This document shows, piece after piece, positions 44,201 through 53,683 of a DNA stretch of 55,946 nt (position 1 is the first letter of the stretch; each line of letters begins with the position of its first letter). Origin of the DNA: a virus (taxonomy: Duplodnaviria; Caudoviricetes); the IMG/VR virus record IMGVR_UViG_3300032076_000005, positions 1 to 55,946 of that record; one strand, 5' to 3'. The notes under the pieces were generated by a model. The model saw only the letters and a list, made by a program, of their open reading frames with translations, had not been told where the DNA came from and ran no database searches. The translations under genes and the position numbers were made by a program.

Positions 44201-47200
44201 GTCCTTCCTCTGGGAGCTTGTTGGCCAAGTTACTGGCCATCTGACTGGCTTTGTAGAACTCGCCTTCGCGAGCTTCCCCCCGCGCCAACGACTCAAGGTA
44301 TGGCCGCATCGCCTGGATGGCGTCACCATACAGCTGACCCATACGATAGCTGTCGGTCCAACCAAGCGCGCCCTTGCGTATGAAATCCCGCGTGTTGAAA
44401 CCGATGGCACTAACACCGGTCCTGAACGCATTCGCCAATCGTTGGACCGTCGACTCTCGCCCCTGATCAGCACCGTTCGCCGCAGCACCCATCCCATTGT
44501 CGGCTAGGCGAGCGTAGCTGTCTGGCCCCACCCAGCCGTTAGGATACTGCTGCCGTTCCTTTATCAAATCGTCACCGAGCGACATGATGCGATCGAACGC
44601 ATTGTGCAGTCGCGGGTCTAAACCAAGGAAACCACGTCCAGCATCGATGAGCCGATCCCACATACTGGTGCCGCGCACGAACTGCGATTTTAAGAATGCG
44701 CGGTAAACGGGATTACCCGCCGCCTCCGACAGCATTTCGTGTGCGTCAGTTATCCCGGCCCAGTCACCCTTGCTCTTGAGCTGATCGTAAACACCATTAA
44801 TAGCTTTGGCTGCAACGCCACCAGCTTCCAGAGCCTGATGGTAGACCGCATGCGCCATCTCATGGAGGAAAGTCGCCGTAGCGTTCCCCGCATTGTAGAG
44901 CATCGAAGTCTTTTGCTTGGTGAAATACTCACCCTCCTTATCGAGAACATTATCTCGGTAGCCCAGCTTCACACCTTCTGGTAGCGCCGCCTGAAGCTTC
45001 GCAGCAATCGCGGCCTCTTCCGGATCAGCCGTGTGCTCCATGACATGACCAAGAGCGTCGGTAGCCGAGACACCACGCTGGTGCATGTCAGTGATGTCGG
45101 CGTCCAGCTGTGACACCGGCATCCCATCTCGCGCAGAAACGACCCTGGCGCGTGAATCGGTTTGAGCCCGGAGTTCCTGAAGCACCGACTGCTGCGCCGC
45201 CAGATACGCATCGATCTTCGCGCGCGTCGGCTTACTGATCTGCGTCAGGTTTTGCAGGTTATCCTTCTCGCCTTCAGGATCGAATTCAGGGTCTTTCGCC
45301 AAAGCCTCACGCAGCTCGTCCGGCCCGGATGCTCTGGTGATGTCCGCCAGCCAATCCTTGTGCGCGGTGAGCGCTGCTTCGGCATCCTCGCGACCGCCCA
45401 AGCCGCCCTGTGCCTTCACACCCAAAGCGTCCAACGCCCGCCGTGCGGCCTCCACCTTGACGTCGAGATTACCCATCGGCGCGGGCGTCGCCTCGGCGCG
45501 CGGCGACGGTTCCAGGTCCGCCGACGCGGCATACTCCCCAGGCCGCTGTGCGGCAGCCTCGACCTCATTACGCAACCGCGTCAACCGAACATTGAGCGAC
45601 AAAGCCAAGCCTGGATTTGCCTCAACGTTAGGCAGCAGCTTCATCAATGTCTCTGCCTCATTGGCAGTCTGGGTCTTAACCGGCGAATCGGAGAACTTCG
45701 CGATCTCGGCCTGAACACCGTTGAGTGCGCTCAGGCGATCGTCTGCTGTCTTGATCGGGGTCTTATCGGCGACCGGAGTCGCGGTTGCACCCGGCTCGAA
45801 CACCTCGGACTGTCCACTGTCGACATTTACCCTGAACTGCCGACCGGGCTGGAAGACCTCGTCAGGGCCCATAGGACGCCAGCCAGCGGCTGCAGGCGCG
45901 GGTGCGGCCGCAGGTGCCTCCGCAGCCGCAGGCGGCTCAGCGGCCGCCTCAGGCGCTACGCCAGGGGGTGTCTCGACCGGCTGCTCGGGAACGAACTCCT
46001 CACGGAGTTCCTTGCCGTCCTCGGTCAGGATGTCGAACGCTTTGGCCCACGCCCGCAGCGGTGCCGGTATCTTCTTTCCCTTGAGGGCATTGATCGTATC
46101 GATCAGCCGTTGCTGTTCCGCAGCCTGCGCCTCGATCGGCAGCGCCTCGACCTGTGCCATCCCCCGCTTGATGGCGGCCTGGGTCACCTTCGCTGCGAAA
46201 TTCAGGATAGGAGCGGGAGCAGCAGGAGGACCAGCAGGTAGGCCCCCCTCAGTATCAGGACCCACAGCAGGCAGCTCACCAGGAGCACCCCCAGCAGCGG
46301 CGGGAACTTGCTCCGGAGCACTAGGTCCACCAGCACGTAGATCGCCAACAGGGCCGCCAGGGCCGCCAGGGCCGCCAGGGCCGGCGATTGGAATCCCGGG
46401 AACAGCACCAGGGGCGGGTTCACGCAGCGCCTCCGACACAGGTGTCGGTGTTGCTGGTGCTGCAGGCTCGTGAGCCGCAACCGGCGTCCCGGGCTCAACA
46501 GCCCCAGGCTCCGTCACCGCCGGTGTTACTGGCACTGGTGTAGCAGCAGGTGCTTTAACCGCTGCCTCCGCCGCGCGCCGCAGATATTCTTCTCTTAGCG
46601 GTGCGAATGCTTGATCAGCCGGGTTCCGGGGGTCACCGGTCACCAACGGCCTCAATGTTCCTAATTTTGTCGTAAGTTCGAGATTTGTCAAATCTTGTGG
46701 CGGCGCGCCCATTCTCTCGACGTAACCTATAAGCTTCTGACCTTGCGGTGACTCTACCGGCATGTTGGCAACGCGCCGCTGCAATTCCTCGTAAAGCGGC
46801 CTGAATGCTAGGTCTGCCGGAGTATTCCCCTCCTCTGTTCGTAGCCCGTGCAGCGTGTTGATCCGCGTCATTAAATCTATGTCAGACATCTGATTCAGCG
46901 GCACGCCCATGGGAATAACCCCGGGCTCCGGTACCGGCAGCAGCTTCTGAGGCTCAGTCGGTGTCGGTCCGCGCTCAGCGTTACGACGTTGCAATTCTTC
47001 GAAATGTCGTGCGAATTGATAATCGGCCGGCGTGTTCCCTTCCGCTGTCTGCATCGGATGCAGCGTGTTCAAGCGCGACATCAGCGCACCGTCGGACAAA
47101 CCATCCAGCGGTGCTTGACCGGCGATCGGCTGCTCCGCTGGCGGCGGCAACAGCTTAAGCGCCTGCCCCGTCACCTGATCGAGTTCACCGGTCGTGACGT

Positions 47201-47996
47201 CCACCGTCGGCTTGCCGACGAGCCTGCGATAGCCGCCGAACGCGCCGCCGATGATCGCGCCCATTCCCGCGCCGCCCAAAGCTTGGTTCACGACAGCGGA
47301 TGCTCGATCCGAGAAGCTGCGATCCGGATCACCCATCATCTGGGTCATCGCCTCAGTCGCGCCAGCAGCGCCGCCCTGCGCCGCCGCGGAGCCGGCGATC
47401 CCGCGCAGAATTCCCTTGCCGAAGAACGATTCAAGCTTCCCCGGCAAAATGCCCTGCACGACCGCTTCTGGCACGCCGAGCATGATCGCCTTACCCGGAG
47501 AGGTCAGCTCGCCTGTCTCGCTGATCTGCCGCTGGACGTTCGAACCAATCGCGGGAAGGAGCATCGCCCCCGCGCCGCCGATCAAGCCGGCACCAGCCAA
47601 CTCGGGCGCTGCAGCCGCGACACCCGCGGCGCTGAGGAGTGCCGCGACGCTCATCGGGGCCATGCGCGCGACGTTGTAGGCGATCCCTGGAACCGACCAG
47701 GGATGCTCTTCTAGGTCCGGTCGTGCGTAGGACTGCTCGGTCTCATAGTGCGACTGAGCGATGTCGGCGAGGGACTCCGCCGTGTCGTCGGCACCAACCA
47801 GCTGAGCACCGGCCTGGAGCGCACGAGCACCTTCCGAGATCGCCCCATGCACACCGGACATGATGCCGGAGGTGAGCCAGTTGCCGGTGCCCGTCGCCGG
47901 AACATCAGAAGACCCCGGCTGCGGCCCCGTCGCCGTGGGGATCGGCGGCAGATACTGCGGCAGGTAAGACCCGAACGGAGAGAAATCTGCGGGCAT
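41244..47996 (-). CDS. Giant internal virion/ejection (polyvalent-type) protein with zincin motif
   Basis: 2250 aa; Gly/Ala hydrophobic N-terminal helices, three ~42-aa repeats, FLHEMAHA...HEMLSEA, helical C-terminal region. Confidence 0.8.
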   Translation of the reverse strand: MPADFSPFGSYLPQYLPPIPTATGPQPGSSDVPATGTGNWLTSGIMSGVHGAISEGARALQAGAQLVGADDTAESLADIAQSHYETEQSYARPDLEEHPWSVPGIAYNVARMAPMSVAALLSAAGVAAAAPELAGAGLIGGAGAMLLPAIGSNVQRQISETGELTSPGKAIMLGVPEAVVQGILPGKLESFFGKGILRGIAGSAAAQGGAAGATEAMTQMMGDPDRSFSDRASAVVNQALGGAGMGAIIGGAFGGYRRLVGKPTVDVTTGELDQVTGQALKLLPPPAEQPIAGQAPLDGLSDGALMSRLNTLHPMQTAEGNTPADYQFARHFEELQRRNAERGPTPTEPQKLLPVPEPGVIPMGVPLNQMSDIDLMTRINTLHGLRTEEGNTPADLAFRPLYEELQRRVANMPVESPQGQKLIGYVERMGAPPQDLTNLELTTKLGTLRPLVTGDPRNPADQAFAPLREEYLRRAAEAAVKAPAATPVPVTPAVTEPGAVEPGTPVAAHEPAAPATPTPVSEALREPAPGAVPGIPIAGPGGPGGPGGPVGDLRAGGPSAPEQVPAAAGGAPGELPAVGPDTEGGLPAGPPAAPAPILNFAAKVTQAAIKRGMAQVEALPIEAQAAEQQRLIDTINALKGKKIPAPLRAWAKAFDILTEDGKELREEFVPEQPVETPPGVAPEAAAEPPAAAEAPAAAPAPAAAGWRPMGPDEVFQPGRQFRVNVDSGQSEVFEPGATATPVADKTPIKTADDRLSALNGVQAEIAKFSDSPVKTQTANEAETLMKLLPNVEANPGLALSLNVRLTRLRNEVEAAAQRPGEYAASADLEPSPRAEATPAPMGNLDVKVEAARRALDALGVKAQGGLGGREDAEAALTAHKDWLADITRASGPDELREALAKDPEFDPEGEKDNLQNLTQISKPTRAKIDAYLAAQQSVLQELRAQTDSRARVVSARDGMPVSQLDADITDMHQRGVSATDALGHVMEHTADPEEAAIAAKLQAALPEGVKLGYRDNVLDKEGEYFTKQKTSMLYNAGNATATFLHEMAHAVYHQALEAGGVAAKAINGVYDQLKSKGDWAGITDAHEMLSEAAGNPVYRAFLKSQFVRGTSMWDRLIDAGRGFLGLDPRLHNAFDRIMSLGDDLIKERQQYPNGWVGPDSYARLADNGMGAAANGADQGRESTVQRLANAFRTGVSAIGFNTRDFIRKGALGWTDSYRMGQLYGDAIQAMRPYLESLARGEAREGEFYKASQMASNLANKLPEEGRELLHSVMADATFYGLDPQKPAPQDIQGNPGRTKLYQEIIDKWNQLKAIPGGEAAYEALRAKASADYHAVLTDRLQTVERAMAPSGYDAQDVFKTFDGRTDIHTDPTKTEKFFKDAVAAKVDALSKYRDQLAGQKATIGSRELPLNDAVKLQQTVVDAARKSGGASDDALKTLQDLKTQRDNMQANVGSINDVLKEVADRRDAVAKAPYFHLGRDGNYFVTAKLATDAQGKVDQEKLAQLNEHLDANGFHNIAVMLNGENNTLYTRMKTPAEMRELTRVMQDAQAKGLVSQEAKSLGAGEATQVFDSIAPAAMRRAVGAMIENRPKNLEGVDKGTTDQMNRAFGDQVADMQRTLLNMMAENSIGRVMARRANVQGFSKDMSESANYASQVMSRSLGRMTMADEVGSLTKQMADQVRDLNHTEPGTDRSLAASEAVGELMLRERLKSTYVPPTALDAIRHLSHTIHVGSSPAYFLTLMSQLATTSYPELAKTHGYGAAFGAFQRALPDALAVVKAITKGDDWNTAGITRDALEKDGLSQPLIDKVMGMVSRGVMGTAMYSTQMTEHSNLASVLHISPNILKAANALGLYSELIPRLVTGFAAHDLYNAKPYIEPRTGVQMTREQFIDRAINDSQGNWDASLNARQTSRGGMFGGVSPLINQFMGWQIRMTGKIYNEVRDMFNADTRPEATRWLISHAGATAMFAGTLGMPMLSVAASVYDQLMNWVTNRDDHDLTSAYRGFLSDTFGKDMGEIIARGLPRAVGMDFAHFGEATIVPGSSTLTIAFEKRKLEDRFRDWFKSMGGAGVGDISNVAYAARDMMNGDFLNGGIRMAPEFVKAPMEAFRLGQRGFVNNLNGEKLPITANGWDIAKTALGIDPGKEAEYQELAKAEAGLRTMRELNSSNIVRHLETAYMRGDRGMFNTWMNESQQWQRTHPGMEPPQASFGRELEVHMRQSAQAKGMGLPIGVTPRDIGARGALRYGNIPVQ

Positions 47997-48002
47997 TGTT
48001 TA

Positions 48003-49388
48003 TCATCCGCCGCCAGGAGGTGGCATCGCGTAGGGCCGCTGCTCGACACCGATAAGCGGTTTGACGAAGCCTGCGATCTCGTTCCACTTTTGCTGTTCGG
48101 CTTTCCTCGCGTTCATGATCGCCGGCGTTTCGCGAACCGCTCGGTTCTCTTTCTGAGCTGCTGCAGTTTCCGCAGCTTCCAGCGCCTCACGATCGGCAGT
48201 GAGCTTGCTGGCAGCCTGACCCTGTCGGGTGAAGAAATCTTTCGTCAGCGTCTCTGCCGGCGTCGCGACATGCGCGAGCTGCTGACCGAACAACAACTCA
48301 GCCTGCTTCGTCGTTACACCCGACATAGCTTTGATATACTCATCGCGCGTGTATGCATGCGGTTCAGCAGCGGCGTGCGCAGTGTCCGCGGGAACACCAC
48401 TCACGGTCTGATTTTTAGCAACCACGGCAGGGTTATCGACAGGCTTGCCGTTGATCGTGTTGCCGTTGTTCACGATGTTGGCGTGGTTGGCCTGCGCCGT
48501 CTTCATGAAATCCACGAACCCCGGCGTCGTCTGAATGATCTTCGCGTAATTGACCGGGTCACTCTCGGCCGCCTTCAACGCATCCTCGTGCGTCGACAGA
48601 TACTGCTTTACCAACGGGTCCCGAAACGCTTGTGCTGCGGCGCTACGATCCGCAAGATCGGTGTCTGACTGGTTGCCGAAAAATAAATGCCCCGCCTGCT
48701 CCAACACTGACGGGCCCATGCTGACTCTGTTTGCTCGGTTGTTTAGATCAGCCTCTCTGTTAGCCCTCGCGAGATAAGCAGTGAATGGTGACGCGGTCGG
48801 ATTCGCAGCCGCCCCCGTAAAGTCACCGGTCAAGAACTGAACAGCGGCACTCGGTGCTCCTGCAGCATTAGAGGGTGGCAAAGTGATCGGCTTGGGTAGC
48901 GCCGCCGCGACATCAGGCGGAGTATTCGGAGGCGGTCCCGTCTCTGCATGTGCTGGCGTCACCGGGTTCAGCTGGCTCAACGCACGCAGCAGCATCCCGC
49001 CGAAACCACCACCGCCTGACGGTGGCGGCGCTGCCGGAGCCAATGGCGCTGCCGGAGCCAATGGCGCTGCTGCCGCTGGTGGCGGCACAAGCGACACCGG
49101 GTTGATCGGCAGACGCTTCCCTGCTTCATCGGTCGCAGCCCAGTGGCCACTCTGAAAATCAAACTCCGGCATGCCTACGGAATGTTCGAGTGAACCATCG
49201 GGCCTTCGAATATCAAAGCCGGGCCCAGTCGCAGCCGCTGCCGTTGTCGCGTGAATGGCCGCTTCAGGGCTTAGCTTACCGCTCGGCGTGATGCCAAGCC
49301 GCGTCGCGTCCGCGGGCGTGAGAGTAGGCTGGACATCGGGCGTGCCATCTGCATATCGGCGCGTTGCACCACGCTTGAGGGCTGCCAT
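48003..49388 (-). CDS. Internal virion/ejection protein
   Basis: AGAGG RBS before ATG 49388; N-terminal RRYADGTPDV. Confidence 0.7.
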   Translation of the reverse strand: MAALKRGATRRYADGTPDVQPTLTPADATRLGITPSGKLSPEAAIHATTAAAATGPGFDIRRPDGSLEHSVGMPEFDFQSGHWAATDEAGKRLPINPVSLVPPPAAAAPLAPAAPLAPAAPPPSGGGGFGGMLLRALSQLNPVTPAHAETGPPPNTPPDVAAALPKPITLPPSNAAGAPSAAVQFLTGDFTGAAANPTASPFTAYLARANREADLNNRANRVSMGPSVLEQAGHLFFGNQSDTDLADRSAAAQAFRDPLVKQYLSTHEDALKAAESDPVNYAKIIQTTPGFVDFMKTAQANHANIVNNGNTINGKPVDNPAVVAKNQTVSGVPADTAHAAAEPHAYTRDEYIKAMSGVTTKQAELLFGQQLAHVATPAETLTKDFFTRQGQAASKLTADREALEAAETAAAQKENRAVRETPAIMNARKAEQQKWNEIAGFVKPLIGVEQRPYAMPPPGGG

Positions 49389-49398
49389 GTCAATACCT

Positions 49399-50178
49399 CT
49401 AATAACGTTCCCAGGAAAATCCGTTTCTACCGAAAGCGAATTGCAGCGGGCGAAACATCTTCGACTGCGCATCGCGCTTCATATCGCTGATTGCGTCATC
49501 GAACGCAGCACGGAATTCTTTGGCGCGATCCCAGGCTCCACCACCGGCAACGTCCAGGTCAACGCCGCGCAGCGCCAAATACGCTGCCCAGTTCAGCATA
49601 TCCATATGATGCGCTTCTGGGATTTCAGGAACAGCTTCCGGCATGCTGATGCTCAGCTTAACAAGCGGCACGCGCGCCACGCGCATGTTGCCGACAACAC
49701 CGGCATACGGTGACGTTGGTATTGGATAGAGCCGCAGCTGCGGTGCCGTGAAAGACCCGTAGCTATCCTGGATCACACCCTCGTCCGTCGACCACGCTAG
49801 CGGCTTGCCCGGAGGCATTTGAGCAAGCTGAGCCGGATCAAAGAAATAGGTGTCGGGCTGACGGTAGGTATCAAAATCGGAGTGCCCGGCGCGAGCCAGA
49901 TCGGCTCGATCCCCGGTCATCCGTATCGAAATTATGCTGACCACATGAGGATCGAGCGTATAGAACTGCTGGTCAGCTACAGTCGTGAACTGACAAACCT
50001 TCGGCGTCACCGCGTCACGAATACACTTGGTCTGCCGAGCAAAGCGGTTCTGCGCTTCGTTGATGTATCTGATCAGCCCATTATCAGACCACAAATAGTC
50101 CGACGCACCGGCAACCTGATCCGACACATCCCGCAGCATGTGATGCCGTAGTTCCCCCAACAACTCGTCAGTGCGCAT
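49399..50178 (-). CDS. Head-tail adaptor/tail tubular A-like protein
   Basis: LRD......YLWSD..LIRYINEAQ..F, LRLYPIP, PEIPE.HH..ML.WAAY.AL. Confidence 0.75.
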   Translation of the reverse strand: MRTDELLGELRHHMLRDVSDQVAGASDYLWSDNGLIRYINEAQNRFARQTKCIRDAVTPKVCQFTTVADQQFYTLDPHVVSIISIRMTGDRADLARAGHSDFDTYRQPDTYFFDPAQLAQMPPGKPLAWSTDEGVIQDSYGSFTAPQLRLYPIPTSPYAGVVGNMRVARVPLVKLSISMPEAVPEIPEAHHMDMLNWAAYLALRGVDLDVAGGGAWDRAKEFRAAFDDAISDMKRDAQSKMFRPLQFAFGRNGFSWERY

Positions 50179-50181
50179 GGA

Positions 50182-50535
50182 TCACCCATCAATACGCCGG
50201 TAAGGAAACCTTAATCGCGAACGATAACCAGTAACCTGCTGAGTTTGCGGACTGATAATCGGCACCGAGATCACTGCATCATTCAAGACGCTAATCACTT
50301 CTTGTGGCACCGATGCCTCGATACCAGCCATCAACAAGTAGGGCCTACCATTGGCCGAGATGAAAAGCCCGGTCGGTGGGATCGCGGTGTCTTCCTCCAG
50401 GATGATCCTGAACCGCTTAGCGGTCTGCACCAAAACCGGTGCCTCAGCTGTCATCATCTGCATTGATGCATCGGATATTTTCGAGCGCGCGTTACGTGGG
50501 ACCGGCTCGTCATCCTCTGGGAGTACTATGCTCAT
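50182..50535 (-). CDS. Conserved hypothetical protein of N4-gp56-capsid phages
   Basis: FISANGRPYLL..G.E..VP..V..VLNDA...RFPY. Confidence 0.75.
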   Translation of the reverse strand: MSIVLPEDDEPVPRNARSKISDASMQMMTAEAPVLVQTAKRFRIILEEDTAIPPTGLFISANGRPYLLMAGIEASVPQEVISVLNDAVISVPIISPQTQQVTGYRSRLRFPYRRIDG

Positions 50536-50795
50536 TCGTCTTCATCCTCTTCTTCACCTTCCTCGTCTTCCTTGACTGCTGCGTCGAAGCTGGACTCGTA
50601 GTCCTCACCGTCCGGTATGATCTTGTCGAGATTGTTGGTAAGGAACTCAATGACACCAGCCTTGTCGTCAAAAACAAAACTTTGCTGAGGGTCCTTCCAG
50701 GGTCCGTCGGATTCGCGATTCGCCTTGACGATCGCCGGGTCGTCCATACAAACCACGAACCCGTTCTGCGCTCGCTCGATGCGGATGCTGTTCAT
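50532..50795 (-). CDS. Small acidic hypothetical protein
   Basis: IRIERAQNGFVV; acidic tail; RBS fits ATG 50795. Confidence 0.7.
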   Translation of the reverse strand: MNSIRIERAQNGFVVCMDDPAIVKANRESDGPWKDPQQSFVFDDKAGVIEFLTNNLDKIIPDGEDYESSFDAAVKEDEEGEEEDEDE

Positions 50796-50830
50796 TGTTC
50801 CACCCTCTACGGAGTTAAGATACGGCAAAT

Positions 50831-52402
50831 TCACACCCTCCGGGAGGCACTACCCTGAAGCATCATACCGCTCCAACGCCCATACAGCGACATGATTTGG
50901 TCGATGGATCGGACGGCAACTCCCTGCGCATCACCGACACCGTCCGCCAAACCATAGGCAAATGCATTATGTGCCGTCCACCCGAAGGCCCGTCCGACAC
51001 CATTGGCCTGCCCGAACGAGAACCGCATGCCTGACGTCGAGCTGACAGCCGCCGCGTCACCGATAGCCGATGCCTGACCGAGGGCTCCTGCACCGGCTTC
51101 CTCGTCGCCAATGCCAATAGCATGGCCGATGGCCTGGGCGATGGCGCTGCCGATCGCCACCGCGGTGCTGGTTCCATTAGCTCGAGCGACAACCGCCCCG
51201 AACGCCGCTCCAACCACAGCTCCGAACCCCGCAGCTGTGCCAACAGAACCGACCAGGAGCAGGCTGGCGGCATTCGCACCACCCACCCCACCGGCGCTCG
51301 CCGCACCGATCTCCGGCACTCCAGCGATACCAGCACCAGCGCCGATCGCGATGCCCGTCGACTCGGCTTCGAAGGCATACTCCGCAAAGGCGTTCCCATA
51401 CCCGTCAGCAATCCCGACGACGCCGGACCCCGACACACCCAGCACGCTACCAAAGCCAGACGCAAAGGCAGACACGCCCGACGCGGACACTCCGGAAGCA
51501 CTTCCATGGCCGGCGGCAAAAGCCGACACGCCCGAGGCGGACACGCCGGCTGCATTCCCGTGGCCAGCGGCGAACGCTACCGCGCCGAACGCCGACACCC
51601 CCGCCGCGCTGCCAAAGCCAGCGGCGGAGGCCGCCACGCCCACCGCCGACACACCAGCCGCATTGCCGAAGCCAGGAGCATAGGCCGCTATGCCGACCCC
51701 AGACGCTGCGATCGCATCACCGTAGCCGGCAGCAAAAGCCACCACGCCCGACGCAGACACTCCGAGCGCATCACCAAAGCCAGCGGCAGCGGCCCCCACG
51801 CCGGACGCGGACACCCCGATCGCGTCGCCGTAACCAGCGGCATAAGCCGCGATGCCGGATATAGAAGGAGCGACAGCGTGCCCCGCGCCAAAAGCGCTAG
51901 CCACACCAGCAGCTTCAGTAAGGACTACGGTGGACCCTTCAGCGCTCGCGGCCCCACTCGCCGCGGAGAAACCGGCGGACCCTCGGGTGCTCGACGCCCG
52001 AGCCGCACCAACTCCGTCCGCGTGACCTTTGACCTTCCTCGGTTTACCGGCACCGGGGATGGTACTGTAGCCAAGAAGAACACCAGTGCCAGCGGCGAGC
52101 CCCTTAGCGGCGACAGTGATCCCAAACGTAGCTCCGGTTGCCGTCGCACCACCGACGCCAGCAGCCTGACCCTGAGTTAATACAAACGCAGTCCCAACTG
52201 CCGCGGCATCGCCGACGCCAGCCGCCTGAGCCAGGATATTGGCGACGGTCGACCACTCTTCGACGGCGATCTGGGTGACCCAGAGCGCTGGTGGGGTAAT
52301 AAGCCCCCACTGCTCGATGCCGACCTGGGTAACCTGAGCCTGTGGTTGGGCTGCTTTAGCCCACTGCTCTAAAGCGACTTGCGTAGCGCGTGCATCGGTC
52401 AT
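50831..52402 (-). CDS. Ala/Gly-rich fibre-like virion protein with N-terminal TQ..EQW repeats
   Basis: ~19-aa repeats SGVxAxAAGxGxAxGVSA; N-terminus homologous to that of 33696-35615. Confidence 0.75.
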   Translation of the reverse strand: MTDARATQVALEQWAKAAQPQAQVTQVGIEQWGLITPPALWVTQIAVEEWSTVANILAQAAGVGDAAAVGTAFVLTQGQAAGVGGATATGATFGITVAAKGLAAGTGVLLGYSTIPGAGKPRKVKGHADGVGAARASSTRGSAGFSAASGAASAEGSTVVLTEAAGVASAFGAGHAVAPSISGIAAYAAGYGDAIGVSASGVGAAAAGFGDALGVSASGVVAFAAGYGDAIAASGVGIAAYAPGFGNAAGVSAVGVAASAAGFGSAAGVSAFGAVAFAAGHGNAAGVSASGVSAFAAGHGSASGVSASGVSAFASGFGSVLGVSGSGVVGIADGYGNAFAEYAFEAESTGIAIGAGAGIAGVPEIGAASAGGVGGANAASLLLVGSVGTAAGFGAVVGAAFGAVVARANGTSTAVAIGSAIAQAIGHAIGIGDEEAGAGALGQASAIGDAAAVSSTSGMRFSFGQANGVGRAFGWTAHNAFAYGLADGVGDAQGVAVRSIDQIMSLYGRWSGMMLQGSASRRV

Positions 52403-52842
52403 CGCTCAACGTCACGTCGCGCCTCGTCCATGCGGCTACGAATAACAGCAATGTCAGTGACGCCGTCGGCGTAGCACTCCATCACCGCATCGCTCATTGC
52501 CTTCTCGATCGCGCGTGCACGTGGCAGGTTAGCTTCCGATGTTGCCAGGACCGCGACACCAACCGCACTGACCTTGTGCGGATAAAGACGCGCCGCCTTC
52601 GCCTTTAGCGGGTCAGGCAGACCTGACGGCAATCCACGCTCGGTGAGCCAAGCATGCGAGTAGCAACGCAGGCGGACCGGAATGCTCCGAGTCTGGGTGC
52701 GCGCATAGTGCAGCGTCGTTAGCGCTTCTTCGTTGTTCTTTGGTTGAGGCAGATGCGGGGAAACTCTAAACCACAAATCGCAGACCCCGACGACGTCGAG
52801 TTCAATCAGACATCGGCGGAATGCGTCTGCATAATAGTTCAT
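52399..52842 (-). CDS. Hypothetical protein
   Basis: 147 aa, tightly packed in the operon. Confidence 0.75.
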   Translation of the reverse strand: MNYYADAFRRCLIELDVVGVCDLWFRVSPHLPQPKNNEEALTTLHYARTQTRSIPVRLRCYSHAWLTERGLPSGLPDPLKAKAARLYPHKVSAVGVAVLATSEANLPRARAIEKAMSDAVMECYADGVTDIAVIRSRMDEARRDVER

Positions 52843-53280
52843 TCATGACAACGTTATGGTTGTGGCCGTCGTCAAAACGGGCGTCACACCTGAACCCGCA
52901 GAAATGTTCGGCGTGACCGTGCCGCTCCAGAGAATCGGCGTCGCACCGACACCAGTCTTACCGGTGCTGAAATTGGTCACCGTTCCTGCCCCACCTGTCC
53001 CGGCCGGGAACGTTATGTTCGAGACAGGGCTACAGTTCGCGGGACCGACGCCCGTCACTGTCCAGCCGCCCGACGTGCGCGCCACGCTCGCACGCGCATA
53101 GCCCGTGTAGGCGACCTCGCTGGTCGACTGGTTGCCGCCTGTGCCAGGGTCGGCAGTATGCAACGCGATCGAAATGTTGGTCTGTGGCGCGCTTGCGGCA
53201 TTGTCCGCGTAGTTGGCCCAGGCCGTCGCGTTGTAGATTAACTGCAGGATTGCAGTTTCAGTCGCGCCCGCAATGGCCAT
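52843..53280 (-). CDS. Virion structural protein, LHTADPG family (head-side copy)
   Basis: ADNAAS.P.T....LHTADPG.GGNQ...E.AYTGYAR. Confidence 0.8.
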   Translation of the reverse strand: MAIAGATETAILQLIYNATAWANYADNAASAPQTNISIALHTADPGTGGNQSTSEVAYTGYARASVARTSGGWTVTGVGPANCSPVSNITFPAGTGGAGTVTNFSTGKTGVGATPILWSGTVTPNISAGSGVTPVLTTATTITLS

Positions 53281-53283
53281 GGG

Positions 53284-53673
53284 TCACCCCGAGACATGAT
53301 AGCAGATCGTTTTGCCGGAGCCGACCAGTGTGACTGACAGGGTGACATTGGTGTTCCCAGCCGGGTCAGTAGTGACGGAGATAGCACCGGTGCTGTCGAT
53401 CGTCATGGCAGCTGTCGCGGTCCTGATACTGTTAGTCGCCGGCATGCCTAGCTGCCAGTGCCACAGCAACACACCAGCCACATCGGTGACGTCGACCGCC
53501 AGCGCCTGGAACCCACAGTTAATCTGGACCGCGTTGCCGGCTGACGTGAAGAAGCCATAGACGTCGTTGTCCAGATTGCCGGTGACCGCGTTGCCAATCA
53601 GATTTCCCGGCCCGGTATACGTTGCCGGAAAGGCAGCGACGTGCAGTGAAGCATCGATGATCTGGGTGGGCAT
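53284..53673 (-). CDS. Putative capsid decoration protein
   Basis: GAGGAG RBS; INCGF motif; beta-rich; close to the capsid gene. Confidence 0.55.
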   Translation of the reverse strand: MPTQIIDASLHVAAFPATYTGPGNLIGNAVTGNLDNDVYGFFTSAGNAVQINCGFQALAVDVTDVAGVLLWHWQLGMPATNSIRTATAAMTIDSTGAISVTTDPAGNTNVTLSVTLVGSGKTICYHVSG

Positions 53674-53683
53674 GAATAGCTCC

